From: Vicugna vicugna
Lineage: Eukaryota
Direction of reading: 5' to 3'
Assembly (NCBI GenBank): GCA_013265495.1
Contig: MU058844.1
Location: forward strand, 4,579,535 to 4,643,534
Length of the DNA: 64,000 nucleotides
In this document: positions 37,031 through 50,240 of the stretch, one piece after another
Layout: each line of letters begins with the position of its first letter
How positions within the stretch are numbered: position 1 is the stretch's first letter
Notes under the pieces: model-generated
Database searches by the model: none
What the model saw: only the letters and a program-made list of their open reading frames with translations
What the model was told of the DNA's origin: nothing
Program-made: the position numbers and the translations under genes

Positions 37031-40000
37031 TAGCTCTAATATGACAATTATTATTTTATTATTATTAGTTTTGCCTATTCAGTTCTTACGTATTTTCCAT
37101 AAAATGTAATCCCTGCTATTATACAGCCATTTGAGTGTCATTAACTATATTATTATCATATTCTAGAAATCTCTTTCTGAATTTCTAGATCTGTGATAAA
37201 CAATTATGTATATTCAGAGAGATGAGGTGGGATGAAGAGTGAGCGACATTGAGTGCCTCTAGCTTTTTAAAAGCACTTAAAAAACATGTTATGGAACAAG
37301 TGTTTTTTGGAACATCCTTTGGAAGATTGTCTTAGATGCAATGTAGTGGAATATATTCACATGATTTAAATGATTATACTTACAGAAAAACCTGATATAA
37401 GTAAAAAACAGACATGAAACTCAAGTTATGCTTGTTCCATTAATTGTTTTAAAATATTTGAACTAAATATTTATTCAACTTTTCCTCTAATTTGAATGCT
37501 GGAGTTTATAAACAGGAAGATTTTGATTTTCAAAACCGTTGAATGAGAGTGAATTGAGATTTACACACTAAAGGAATGGCAAATGGCAAGTGACTCATGG
37601 CGTAGCCTCTATGTAACTAACTGTGAGAAAACTAGGTTGTCTTATTCCATGGACTGTACAGTAGCTCACATTGTGCTAGGAATTAGCCTACATTAAATCT
37701 AGATTACAAGAAGCTTTATATGCTATTAGCAAACTGTAGTTATCAATCCTTTCTCTAATGAGAAGTCAGAATAATTGAAAGCAAACTGGACTAATGTGTC
37801 TCCAACTCTTAGTACAACTGGTGAACATAGAAGCAGAAAGTTTATGATGATGATGATTTTTATAGTTAAGCAATTCTGCCAAATATGCATTATGTTGGGG
37901 AAAATGAAAATATTAAATACTTTAGCTCCCTTTTAGAAGCTAGAAGATTGTTAATTTACCTTCTTTTTACACAAGGCCACAATTACTCTGAGCTTGAGTC
38001 AAGTGTAAATAAGTTATCCCCATATGCCAATACCTACCAGGAAACCCCTCATACTTCCTCTCATTTTCTTCACAGGAAATTTAAGGGCACCACATAGGTA
38101 AATAAAATAATGTAATCATAGGGGCGAAACATGCTTCTTAATTTCCCTAAAATAATTATTTCACAGTTTTTACATGTCCCCTAATGTCAGAAGTGCCAAA
38201 TAAAATTGTATTTCTAATGTCTTCTCTAACTTGCTAGCCTTGGAACCTTCCTTTTTCTTACCATTAGTCTAAATGGCTTATTTATAGCAAATTAGTCTGC
38301 TGTTAGGATTCATCCCAGATCCCCAACAGTTGGAACTGTATTTTTCTTTTTTTCTCTTCGGTACACATTCTCAGGGCATGGAAAAGACTTGAGAATAGAA
38401 ATTTGTTTGTCTAAGAATTTTCTATTCACCCTTATTTTCTTTTTTCCTTCTACAATCTTTGTTTTAAAATGAGCACTGAAATATTGAAGGCTGGAAAAAA
38501 ATTTACAGTGAAGTTAAAAAGAGGGACATGATTGGTGTGGGGAATGTGTAGGAGCAGGGAAGACAAGGATGAGAAGGAAATTTCCCCAGTTTTAAGTGTG
38601 CTTCCAGGAGCTTTTCCAGCATATGAAAAATATCTGATTGAGGTTGGCAGTAAAACCAATGAGACAGGAAAAACTGAAAAGAAAATCCTTTTCAAAAAAT
38701 TGTGAGAAACCTAGATATTAAAATAGACATAAATGAATGCAAGAATAAATTGAGTACAAATGAGAATTGAATGGATGGAGTGATGATGAGTCTCAGTGGG
38801 GAAGGTTAAAGATATACTCGCATTTTTTAGACATAAAAATTCAGAAAAGGTAGTCTTAGAGATTGGGGACCACTATTTCAGCTGAAGTTTAAAGGTACCT
38901 GAGATGAAGATGTCTATGTATAAAGCATATATAGGGAAAAGAATTAGTAACCAAGGACTAGAAATTCATATAAACTTGCTATATCACCTTGAACTAAACA
39001 ATTAAGACTTAAATACATTTCTTCTAAGATAAAGTGGGTTTAATGATAAAATGTTTATTCTCTTACCTTTGCAAAACTTTTGCCTTAAAAGCTCTTATAT
39101 AATGTTAACTTACATTTTTAAGCTTCCAAGCAGCACACAGGGGTTAACAAAGTAGGAGTATGTACACTTTCCCAAGTAATGAGATGGGTAAACTGAGTGA
39201 CAAGGCTTCTAGAACAAATGAAATTAGTACAATATAATTAAGCTTGTGATGGAAAGATATATTCAAGAGAGAATGCCAAAGAACACTTCAAATTAAAGGC
39301 CTGGAGAAATGGGCCAAGAAATCAGTAATGGATGAACTTTGAGCCAATGCTCACCAGATGGGAACCATTAGGCATGTTATCGTTACAGATATTTTCTTGA
39401 GGAAGAACTAGATCCCTAGACTCTGAATCAGTTATTTTCCTTAATACGATTACATCTGTCATATCAAGTAGTTACACGGAATAAGAAATGATGATTATGA
39501 CATCCAGCTTCCTAAAGGTAGTGGCAGCTGCTTAAATCAACATTTCTAAACATTTCTTCTAAAACTATGCATGCAGATCAATGAAAAGAGCAAATAAAAT
39601 TAGCTGCAGTTGATATCGATGGTATAAATTAGAACATCAAGACTACTACAAATTTTAAATTATGTGTAGGTAGCAAAATAAATCTGCGGATTCAGCAGAT
39701 TCGTTCTCAGAACACATGACTGTGTAGGGAGTCAGTCAGAGACTGAGGAGAAAATAGAAAAAATGGATAAGGACCTAATGTTGATAATTACTGATACAAT
39801 CACACACATTAAGGGAGAATCAATACCCTGAGTAGAGAAATGCTGAGAACAGGTCAGAGACCTCATTAGTCAGACCTTTGGCGACTGGAGGATAAAAAGG
39901 AAAAAGTGTGGAAATACATGGAACCAGTGGTGGAAGTTTTGAATAAGCACGTCTCCTGGGTGGAGTGGGGAGACTTAGAGTGAGGAGTATGCCTTGGGAT

Positions 40001-40238
40001 CTTATTGGCAAAAGAAAGGAATCAAGTTGTGGAAGGTAAAGATCCTACAGAAATAGACAGAAGAGGATAATCCTGAACTAAAAATTCTGGTAAGCAACCC
40101 AAACTTCCAACATTGGCCTAGATAAACCTATTCCTTTTGTATAGGAAAATATCGGATGAACAGAACTGAATAGAACAGAAAACTGCATACAACATCCATA
40201 GAAAGCTACTATTAAAAAGGAAAAAAAAAGAAAAATAG

Positions 40239-40458
40239 TGTATTTGTCAGTTCAAGCTATCATGATAAAATACCATAGATAGGTGGCTTAAAAAACAAAA
40301 ATTAGTTTCTCACGTTTTTGGAGGCTGGAAGTCTGAGATCAGGGTGCCAGTATGGTTGAGTTCTGGTGAGCGCTCTCTTCCTGGCTTGTAGACATCCACC
40401 TTCTTACTGTGTGTTCACATGGCCTTTCCTCAGGCATGTGGTTGGAGAATGAAAGAGA
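40239..40458 (-). mobile_element. MaLR LTR fragment, MLT1A-like
   Basis: aaaataccatagataggtggcttaaa...tttctcacg...ggaggctggaagtctgagatcagggtgccag. Confidence 0.88.
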
Positions 40459-40459
40459 A

Positions 40460-41580
40460 TGATCACATCTGAGACATATTCTAATAAATGTATTACACTT
40501 TAAAGATATCACATCCTCTGGGCCTCCAAACAAACAAACACATCAAAACATGTCAAAAAACCAAGTCACTTTTAAAGGAAAGAAAAGCAACGTAGTTAAT
40601 CTCTTGAAGCAAGATGTAAAACAAGACAACGGGTTTAAAACATTTTTACAAAGCAGGAAAATTAAGGATTTTGTATCTAACCAAGCTGCTGCTCAGCTTG
40701 CCTGGAAAACCACCAGAGTGCACTGCCTCTGGGAATACGGTACTTACGAACCCTTCCTGAGGAATCTACCACAGGATGGCTTCATCCGCCCAAGTGTTGA
40801 CTCAGAACTCAGTTACAAAGAATGATGTTGAATATTGAATATATTTAATTGCAGATCCAAGCCTAAAACAAAGATGGGGACAAGGATGGAAGAAGACTAT
40901 ATAATTACAAAGTAACGATAGGCAATTAAAAAGTGGGAGAAGAGTGAAATAAAGTAAAAAGTTGAATAAGCTCATTGATTTCCATGTGAGTATTAGGGGT
41001 GTATCAAGAGATATAATTACATTGGATGAATGAAAAAGTTAAAGTCTAAGTAAGGAAAAATGTAATAAGAGCATTTAAGAAATATTATCATAAAAAAAAG
41101 AAATATTATCATAAAAATAACCATTAAGTATAAAAACACAAACTTTCCTGTACATCAAAGGAAATACAAAAGGAGGGCAAAATAAACCACAGGATAGAAC
41201 AAAGAAGCACAGTACATGTTATATAATACACAGTAAATATAATAACATAGTATCTATCATAGAGTTATAGAATATAAAGGTCTTAAGTCACTTATTAAAA
41301 GAAAAAGATTTTCAGATTAGCTCATTTTGAAAACCCAACTCTGTGGTGAATATGAGATACCTGAAACAAGTGATCAAAAAAATTATAATAAAAACAGACA
41401 AAGGTATAAAGGGCAACTGCAAATGGCAAGAAGGCAGTGGTTTTGATTTTAATATTAGGAAGGTAGATACTAGATCAAAAGTCATAAAATAATGACAAAG
41501 AAGGGTGTTTAATAATGTTGAGGATCAAAGTCAACAATACAACAGTATTGAATATATAACAAATAATGCAGCATTTGCTT
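40460..41580 (+). mobile_element. Ancient L1 relic: ORF1 C-terminus, spacer and start of ORF2 endonuclease
   Basis: KNQVTFKGKK (ORF1-like) at 40550; aaggtcttaagtcacttattaaaagaaaaagattttcagatt (decayed NGLNSPIKRKRLSD) near 41275. Confidence 0.65.
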
Positions 41581-41589
41581 TTAAAAACA

Positions 41590-42730
41590 TATGGAATGAT
41601 TTCTAGGATATAAAGTGAAGAAAATAGAGTACAAAATAGCAAATACAGCTTTGCCTTTTTTGTAAAAGAGTAAGGGAAGTAAGACGTGTATGTGTGCACG
41701 TGGGTGCATATGAATATGTGTGTATGCTTATTTTTTCAAAAAACACTGAGAACAGAAAGAATAAAAGAGAAACTATGGTAAATATATAGGAATTGATTGG
41801 AAAGTATAATAGAAATGAAATTTATCTTTCTATTTTTTACAATATATATTTATATAATTATATAACATACTTGTATATTTTGTATATAATATGTAATTAT
41901 ATATTTTGACTTGGCTTTTGAAATGCATAAATAATTTACATATTTTAAAAATTAAAATGAAATAAGTATAAAGACTTCTACAATTTTTTAAACTTCTATA
42001 ATTTTTATAAACTTCTATAACAGGAACACATAAACCCACATGTGTACCAAACTGTCACTAGCCACATTTAGGAAAAAGAATTATTCAAGGAACTTTTGAA
42101 CATAGTTCTCTGAACACCCTTAGTGAGTTATAGGCTTAGGGTAAAAAGGGCAAAAAAAAAAAATGTAATAGGTTTGTTGTTGATAGTTTATTGGTTTAGC
42201 AGTTTTGAAATTATTTTATATGTCCTGAAGGATAAAACAAATAAGTAAACATATTGAGGTTGTTGAAAATTAGGGTTCTCATTGTATGGAAAAAAGGACA
42301 CGGAATCCACAGGTAAAGAAAAACCTTGTGGACTATAAATACATAAATATATGTGTATTTCCTAGCTCTGTCCGTGGAACTTGGCCAGAATCAATGAAAA
42401 GTCATTGATTATAAGTCATAGTCCCTAGATCTTGGTTTCTAAATAATATTTCTCTTTAAAAGAAACCAAGATTCTGTGGAGGAATGGGAGATTCTAGGTT
42501 TGTGGCAGCACGATGACAATGTGAACCTGGAATATGTTGATGTACCAGAAAGCTGGAGATCAATGCTATTGTGCTGAGAAAAGAACAAGGGAACAAAATT
42601 TTGTTTAAATTAAAATAGAAGCAGTCTTGAAGGACCTCACATGCTCAAATTTGAGACAATTTAGAATATCAAAAATAATGGCATTAATGTATTATAAGAA
42701 TCAATTTTAAGAAGTCCATGTCCTTTTACT
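41590..42730 (+). mobile_element. L1MC3/L1MC4-like 3' UTR
   Basis: cctagctctgtcc...cctagatcttggtttctaaata...aaaagaaaccaag...gaacctggaatat...taccagaaagc...aaatttgagacaattt. Confidence 0.7.
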
Positions 42731-43451
42731 AAATAAAAAGGGACTAAAAATACATAAAAGATTTTAAGATTTTTTTTACAAATAAACTGTGCTAACTACA
42801 CACTAATCAGAGCTAATAATATTGTATATATGTGTCACTTCCCTTAAAATTAAAGTTTTGAAAAACTCAATAACCAAATTAGTATAATCATTTATTAATT
42901 ACCAGTGCACTTTTAGTGCTGTTCTAAGTGCTTTTATATGTTTTGTCTTATTCAATTCCCCTAATGCTCCTGAGAGATTATCTTAATTTTATAGAAATGC
43001 AAAACCTATCTGGAGAATTTAAGAAACTAGCCTATGGTCACATAAAAGAGCCAAGTTTTCAACATAGGTCAATATATCTCTAAAGTTTGTATCACTATTC
43101 CTTGACCTGCTATTGTCCAACATATTTTAAGGAAAGTTTCAAGTCACCAGCCCATTTAGTCATCATGGTATTCTATGAGCTGGTCAAGTTGTGAACTATT
43201 TATTACCTTTGCTTTATAAGAAAAGAAGTTGAGATTCACAAATGTTAAATATCTTGATCTAATTAGTGATACAGCCTTTGAGCTTTTGGATTTGAGCTTT
43301 TTGAATCCTACTCACTACATTTTCATAGTAGCATGCTGCCAAGAAGTTACTATCTTGGGAAGGTTTTGAAACAGAAGAAATGAAATCTGATGAGTAAATG
43401 TTGCATTTTTATGAGTTCTCAAGAGGAAATGCTGAAAGAGCTTTTAGAGAC

Positions 43452-43941
43452 TATAGTAGGTAAAATTTTGGCCCCCAAGAGATGATCACATCCTACTCCC
43501 CAGAATTTATGAATGTGTTAGTTTGCATGGCAAAGGCCAGTCAAAGTTAAAGATAGAATTAAGATTGATAACCATCTGATTTAAAGTTGGGAGATTATAC
43601 TGGATTTTCCTGATGGATCCGAAGAAATCAGAAGGGTCCTTAAAAGTAGAAGAGGGAGACCTAAGAGTCACAGTCAGAGACTGATTTAGGGTGATAGAAG
43701 TAAGGTCATAGCGGTACCAGGTTGAGAAGGATTTTCTGGCTTAAAAGATGTTTTAAGGGAGCCATAAGTCTTTAGAAACTGAAAAAGGCAAGGAAATAAG
43801 ATCCTTCCTAACACCTTGATTTTAGCCAGGGAGATCCTGTACTAGGCTTCAAAACTCCAGAATTGTAAGACAATACATTGGTGGTGTTTTTAGCCACTCC
43901 ATCTGTAGTGATTTGTTATGGAAGCGATAGGATATTAACAC
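43452..43941 (+). mobile_element. MaLR solo LTR, MLT1D-like
   Basis: ggcccccaagagatg...cacatcctactccccagaat...gcatggcaaagg...gggagattatactggatt...ctccagaattgtaagacaata...gatttgttatggaagcgatagg. Confidence 0.88.
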
Positions 43942-46035
43942 AGACACAAGGCTTTGAACACAAAGAAGGAAGAAGATGAATAGTAGTGGGTTGTTTTTGG
44001 ATCAGTCTTCATGAGATGGAAATGGATGGATGTACTGATACCATCACTTCTGAGAAGGCTAGAAAGTTATGTCTGAGGTTACAATTTAGGATAGCAGACT
44101 GGGGAATTATAAAACATATCTAGGCTAGGAAGGTATAACTGAATCACAACTCTTCCTCAGTTTCAATAACTTTCTCACTTGCTATCTCATCTTTGGAGAA
44201 GAATCAAAGCCTTTATAAAGAAATGTTATTGTGTTGAGAAAAGAACATGAGAACAAAAATTGATTTAAATTAAAATGACTGAGAAATTTTTAAAAGGTGC
44301 ATAGAAGAGCAAGGGGCTTCATCTGATCTCACATTTTTTTCTCAGCTCTTCTGACCTGCTGTGCCTAGTGGGTCATAGAAGACTGTTTAGCGTTCTCTTT
44401 TGTGAATCAGTTTGAAAGAGAAGAACAAATGTGTGCTGTGCCCAAAATTTTCACTAGATCTTTTTAGAGAAACTTCAGAGGCATATGCACAAGAGAAATG
44501 GAGAAATTTTAAGATCATTTGCAAATTGCTAGATAAGATTACATAAGGCTGACCTGCATGTTTCCAGTATGACTGAAGAAAATCATTTGCAAATGAGTAG
44601 GTGATTGATTCAAACGTCTCTCTTTTCACTTTCATGTTACATTCTTCAAAATATGTATTTGTCTTCTCTACCGTAAAATGAGTTAAGGGGCTGTAGGTCT
44701 ACAGAACATTGGCATTTTGGATACAACTGTTTTACCATTGCCATAGTGATCATAATATATTTCCAATTTCAAATACACTTGTGGAAATATACATCAAGGA
44801 TTAGTTTCTCTAAAGTTGGAAGAACTGTAGTATTGTAGTCATACTTACATCTGGACATTATTTCCTTTGGGAAAGCTTTTAGACTCCTAAACCCTAATTA
44901 TTGTAATGACTGAATCTATAATGATGCAGTGTTGCCATAATGTGGATCCAACAGAGACATTAAGGCAAATGAAACACTTAGCCCATCATTATAGAAAAAG
45001 AACAACTAATCCAAACCAAACAGGATGAGCCAGAAACAATTTGATCTGCCAAATAGATAGAACCATAATAGATTGTCTTGAATTTTCACTTATTTCATTT
45101 ACATAAATCAAGCTGTGTTGTGGATGATCTTGATGTTAGATTGGCAAGTATTATCTTAATTGTATAGTAGTAGGAAGCCATATAGTATCTGTACTTTCAT
45201 TTAGAGGATCCTGGGTGATATACCAAACCCATCAGAGATTTAGTTTATAGCATTTGCAGTTTCTATCCCACTCTTCAGAATCATGCTACTGCCAACAACT
45301 TTTTCTAACTAATTCACATGAAACTGCAACTCAGGTAATAAACTTTGTGGTTTCACTCAGCCCCAGTACATCAACCAGAACAAAAGTGAATTTTAACTTT
45401 ATAAGAAGGGTATGTACGTGTAAAAAAAATGCTCCTTGGCAAGGCTGAGAAATGGATCATTTTGTGCTATAGCAGTCTTGATTTACAGACTCTCTGGATT
45501 TATACAAACATGTTTTCTCCAGTCCTTTGTGTGAGAGCACACTATAGCAGCAAAGGACTACTGGGTACAATTCATCAGAAACACAAAAACATGAGCTATG
45601 CTTTGGGTCTCTTAGAAAACTGAATACTAGTTTCTTGGTATAACTAAAAATGGGAGGGCTTTTCTTTTCTTTTTAATTACCAACTTGTGATCAGAATGTG
45701 GCTACAGTGAAACTTTACTGACTATCTGTCTTCACGTGAGTTTGGTAACTTTATACTCAGTGTCATACTTTTAAACCATAGCTTCATTATATATACAACT
45801 GGGTCTCTGGAGGAATCCTTCTGCTCGACCAAGGTTGATTGCTCCATCATTGTCTGTATCACATCCCTTCTCACATTTTGACTTTGCTTCAATAATTATC
45901 CTCTTGTTTCTTATACTGATGGGCTCAAGCTAATCCCATCTTTAAGAAGAAAAATAAAGCCAAAACTTTCACTGGATCAAATCATCCTTTATGGATCCTT
46001 TACTTTTCTTCTTTTCAGAGTTCTATATGTTATAC

Positions 46036-46544
46036 CTGGGTCTCACACTCAAATGTCTACAGGGGAACTATATTCAATATCTTGTAATAACCTTTAATGT
46101 AAAAGAATATAAAAAAATATTTGTATGTATATGCATGACTGGGACGTTGTGCTGTACACCAGAAATTGACACATTGTAACTGACTATACTTCATTTAAAA
46201 GAAAGATAAAGAAAAAAAGATATAAAAAATGTATGCAGAAAACAGGCTGTTGATAGAAATCAGTGATGTGAAGCCTGGAGGGGAGACAATGGAAGATTGC
46301 AGAATCAGTGCCTGTCAGCCCCTGCTAAGGCTGATTCCTGCCATGCAAAAATTCAGAATCAGATCCAGAGCTTCATTTTCCAAAAGATCCTGGAAATCTG
46401 GAGTTTATCTAAAATGTCTTAAATGCTAAATGCTACTAACTAATCAAACCAAACCAAACAAAAACAAAAACAAAACACTGCAGGTTTGCTAAAAGATTTC
46501 TATGGGCTGAATTCATCCCATCACTTGCTAGTTTGCAGTCTTGG
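46036..46544 (+). mobile_element. MER102-like hAT transposon interrupted by an L1 fragment
   Basis: gggtctcacactcaaatgtctacag ... ctggaaatctggagttt ... atgggctgaattcatccc...agtttgcagtc; resumes after the L1 insert. Confidence 0.7.
46063..46226 (+). mobile_element. Short L1 3' terminus with diverged 12-bp TSD
   Basis: gggaactatattcaatatcttgtaataacctttaatg...gctgtacaccagaaattgacacattgtaactgactatac plus A-rich tail; aaatgtctacag (46051-46062) / aaatgtatgcag (46227-46238). Confidence 0.88.
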
Positions 46545-46779
46545 AAATAATCTTTTTGTCTTACTTCCCTCTCTTCTTACCAATTCTTCAGACCATTATG
46601 ATGCAGCTCTACAAAAGTTAAACTGTAAATAAAACATCACACAAATAACATTCCTCCTACTAAACTCACTTATGAGCTCCTGAATACCAAAATCAATAGC
46701 TACCTCTGTGCAGCACTTGATATTCTAGATCATTGCTTTCTGAAGGCATGTTCACCTGCACTGATGTCTCAGGCATTGA

Positions 46780-47340
46780 CAACATTGCTCAAATTGTTCT
46801 AGCTTTGGCCTCTGGGGGGCTTTTCTGTTGACTCCTGTATCCTTTCGACATAATTCCATCAGTTAGGTTTTTTTGTTATTTTTATTGAGTAGTTCCATAC
46901 TTTCTACCACTACAAGGTGCTTCAGATTCATCTTGTATATTTCCTGCTTCAGTCCTATAATCAGCCATTTCTCCATTGAAACTCGGTTCATTTTATTGCA
47001 AAATGGTAATGGAAACCAAATCTGGGTACTAGGGGGGGCGTGTTTCTACTGAGGTATCCTTGCTTCTAGGCTCTCTCGGATGACAGAACACAGAAATAAA
47101 TGTGTGTACTAACTCGTGTATATACACATATCTATTGTTATTTCTGTATATAACCATCTGTATTTATATTAAAGTAATCATGGTTTCTTACTGATATCTC
47201 CAAGTATAATCCATTACCATAAGGTTGATGATTCTAGCCTTCTCCCCTTGATTGTCTGTAAATTTCCACCCTAACAGTGAGAAACCTAGCTCTCTACAGC
47301 CTACTTGTAAAGCAGTATCAGAATTGTGAGCCCGTACTCC
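46780..47340 (-). mobile_element. L1MD-like 3' UTR fragment
   Basis: ttgctcaaattgttctagctttggcc...catcttgtatatttcctgc...aatcagccatttctcca...aacagtgagaaacctagctc. Confidence 0.8.
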
Positions 47341-47612
47341 AATTTGTTTCTAACTCCAGCTGCACCCTGACCCCCAGAGGTCTAAGCATCAGATATGTTG
47401 GAGTCCCTCCAAAATCCTAGGTTGGTTTTTTGTTCTATCAATTTTAGGGATGGTATATTTGTCTTGAATTTGCTGACATCTGGGTTAACTCTGCATCCTT
47501 TTTTGCTTCCAGCATCAGAGTAACCAATTCCCTGTAGTAAATACTTTTAGTTTGAAGTCTATAACATAGTTTCTGTTTTTATGTCTGGACCTTGACTAGT
47601 CTATGAGCCAAA

Positions 47613-47643
<31 letters not shown>

Positions 47644-47646
47644 TTT
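47613..47646 (+). repeat. (TC)n microsatellite followed by poly-T
   Basis: tctctctc...tc then ttttt seen directly. Confidence 0.9.
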
Positions 47647-50039
47647 AGCTTAAACCAATTTGGATTATGTTTCTTTTTTCCTGTGGCCAAAAGAACATTG
47701 ACTAATATACCATACTACTGCTTCTGCTGTCTTTCTGCCTGTAATGTTCTCTCATTGCTACATAGAAAATTATCAATAATTCTTTGAAATTCAGTTTAGG
47801 TATTATATTTTCTGAGCATCTCTCTCTAACCATGCCCATGCCCTGGCATTGCACCTATTTTATTACACCCTTTCAGCCAGAGTTGTGTACTTCTTTCTCT
47901 GTCTCCCTACAAAGTCTTCTGAATGTTAAATTTTCTTATTGTATGAGAGTGCATCAGACATCAGATGAATTTTTAGTAATTTACAGATACCTCTTTTTCT
48001 CTACAATCCCTTCATGACTTTAAATTATTATGATTTTTAAAAGACTCTGAGGCATTTGTGTATTTTATATTTGTATATTTGTGTATTTTACTTGCTAGAG
48101 TTATGTTTCTCATGAACATATATTTAACAAAGCATATTCCACTCATTGCTTAGTTGAGAAGATGTGTCTAGTGTGTCTTTTTCAGTTGAAGAAAGCTGCA
48201 GTGTTCTAAACATTGATATTGAAAATGTTTTCACACTTTCAAAGTATCTGTGTTATCAAAGTTTAAAATTTTATCTTTTGGTGTATTGGAGCTTATTTCT
48301 TTGTTCCAAGAGTTTCTACTAAATCTACTCTTAAGAGCGTAGGGTACATGATTTAATTCCCTTTGACTTAACCATACCGTGGATTTTTATGTCATTTCAA
48401 TTTCCCCTTTATTTCGAAGAACCCCCAAACCATTTCTAGATTTGCTGTTTATAATTCCATATGGAAAACTAATCTGCTAAAGTAGGTACTATATCCATTT
48501 GCGCTTTCAACTACCCTGCTATCTCTATGTTTGCTCTTAAAATGGTCAAGAATAATAGCATGCATCTTATCCTGCATTGAGAATGTATTTTATTGGAAGC
48601 TTGACCACACATGATTCTTTACATTATCAAGGAAACCTACTGAAAAGCGTATTGGCAAAGGTATGTCAAATGAGATACTTGTTTATTCTTCTCTTTTTTT
48701 TTAAATTGAAAGATGATGTTATAATTAAACCAGTGTCATTATATACCAGTATAAGATTTCTTGAATTTTATGAATGTAAACCAAATTTGGAATGTGGGTC
48801 TTCAAATGCTGATGGTGTTTCAATGATTCGGAAGTTCTGTTGAATGGCTTGGGGTTGTCCTCTGCAGGGTTTCTCAGGGAGTACATCACTAGATCTCATC
48901 TCTATAAAAGGAAGCCACTGAAGTTGCTCCAGGTGTACCTGTGCTTGAGACACCATCCATCCATCCATCTACTTACTTTCTGAGTATCAGTCATATGCCA
49001 GGTACTATAAGGCACTGATGATACATAGAGAAAATTGTATCGTAGTATAGAAATTCAATGAGAGTGATATGCACAGGGTATTTAGGGAGCATTGTGTCAG
49101 AGCAACGCAGTCTTGTTTCTGGGAAGAAGGGAGGACAGGGTATATATGAAAGCATTAATCGAAGGTTACTAAATCTCAGACCATATAAACATTATTTGCC
49201 CAGCCAGATACTTCAAGAGTGTGTCTAAGAATAAATGATGAAAAAGAAGTTCATGCTATGGAAAATGAATTGACATATAGAAAAAACTCTGGAAAATCAG
49301 AGCGGTACAATATTAGTGTCCTGCTAATCCTGATATGGTCTGATTACTCTGAAGACCCTGTGGCTCTTCATTGCAGAAAGTCATCATGAATGCTGCTGCC
49401 CCTTGGTAGGTGTGCTTCCACTGCAGACTGCCTCACGTGATAATGGTCGCCCACGGTCTCTGGAGTGTCTTTTGTCCTACCAACATTTAGCTTGTTACTA
49501 GGGAATAATTTGACAGCACCAAAGTTTGTAGTTCTGCTGAAACTACTGCCATTGCAATTTATTATAAAGTCTAAATGCCCTTTTTGGAGCTTTTAGTTTA
49601 TGTTTGATAGGAATAGAGGTTTACCCACATCATTATATTACATTCTCTGAGGCCAGCTTCATTTGGAAGTCTCATGCTGTTTCAGTGAAGTTTCATTTTT
49701 AAATTATTAGTGGGAGTAATAAAGTACCATGCCATAACATATGCTTTCTAGACTTTCACACTTCACAGTCCAGTGAAATTTTTTAAAAATGGTGACATAT
49801 AGCCTTGGCATGTCTAATCTTTGCTAAAAAGATATGAGAAACCTCTACCATCTACTTTCATTGCTGCTTTAAAATAAAAATATACTTTATCCTAAAAAAG
49901 GACATCATCTCTGAATTTAAAAATATGAATATATTTCTACTTTTAGGAAAACTCCCCGACTATGGCAATTTTCCTAATTTTTCTGCAGTTTAGTTAAGGT
50001 TTTTGTACCACTGAGGACAGAACCACTGGCTTGGGAACC

Positions 50040-50240
50040 AGTGATGTAGGACATAGGGAGTAAGTTTTAAAATCAGACAGACCAGGTTTATATGCCATTT
50101 TGTCACTTTCTAGCTGTGTGAACATGGTTAATTTAATTAACTTCCTGAAACCTGTTTTTTCACCTGTAAAAAAGGAATAATTATCTGCTTTGCCCCAGCA
50201 CAAGGTTATTGGAAACATTAAAAGAGCTAATGCATGTGAA
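50040..50240 (+). mobile_element. MIR SINE
   Basis: aaatcagacagaccaggttta...cactttctagctgtgtgaacatgg...cctgttttttcacctgtaaaa MIR core. Confidence 0.78.

Noticed and set aside
38076..38097. 22-nt micro-exon candidate (strong acceptor, AG|GTAAAT donor)
   Set aside because: Length is not a multiple of three, there are no supported partner exons, and such site pairs arise by chance in 64 kb.
40550..40825. 91-aa ORF MSKNQVTFKGKK...
   Set aside because: Decayed ancient L1 ORF1 C-terminal sequence, not a host gene.
41970..42020. Short tandem duplications (also near 30678-30706, 60640-60670 and 63924-63958)
   Set aside because: Two to three copies of AT-rich units consistent with replication slippage; no unique spacers, so not CRISPR-like or otherwise structured.
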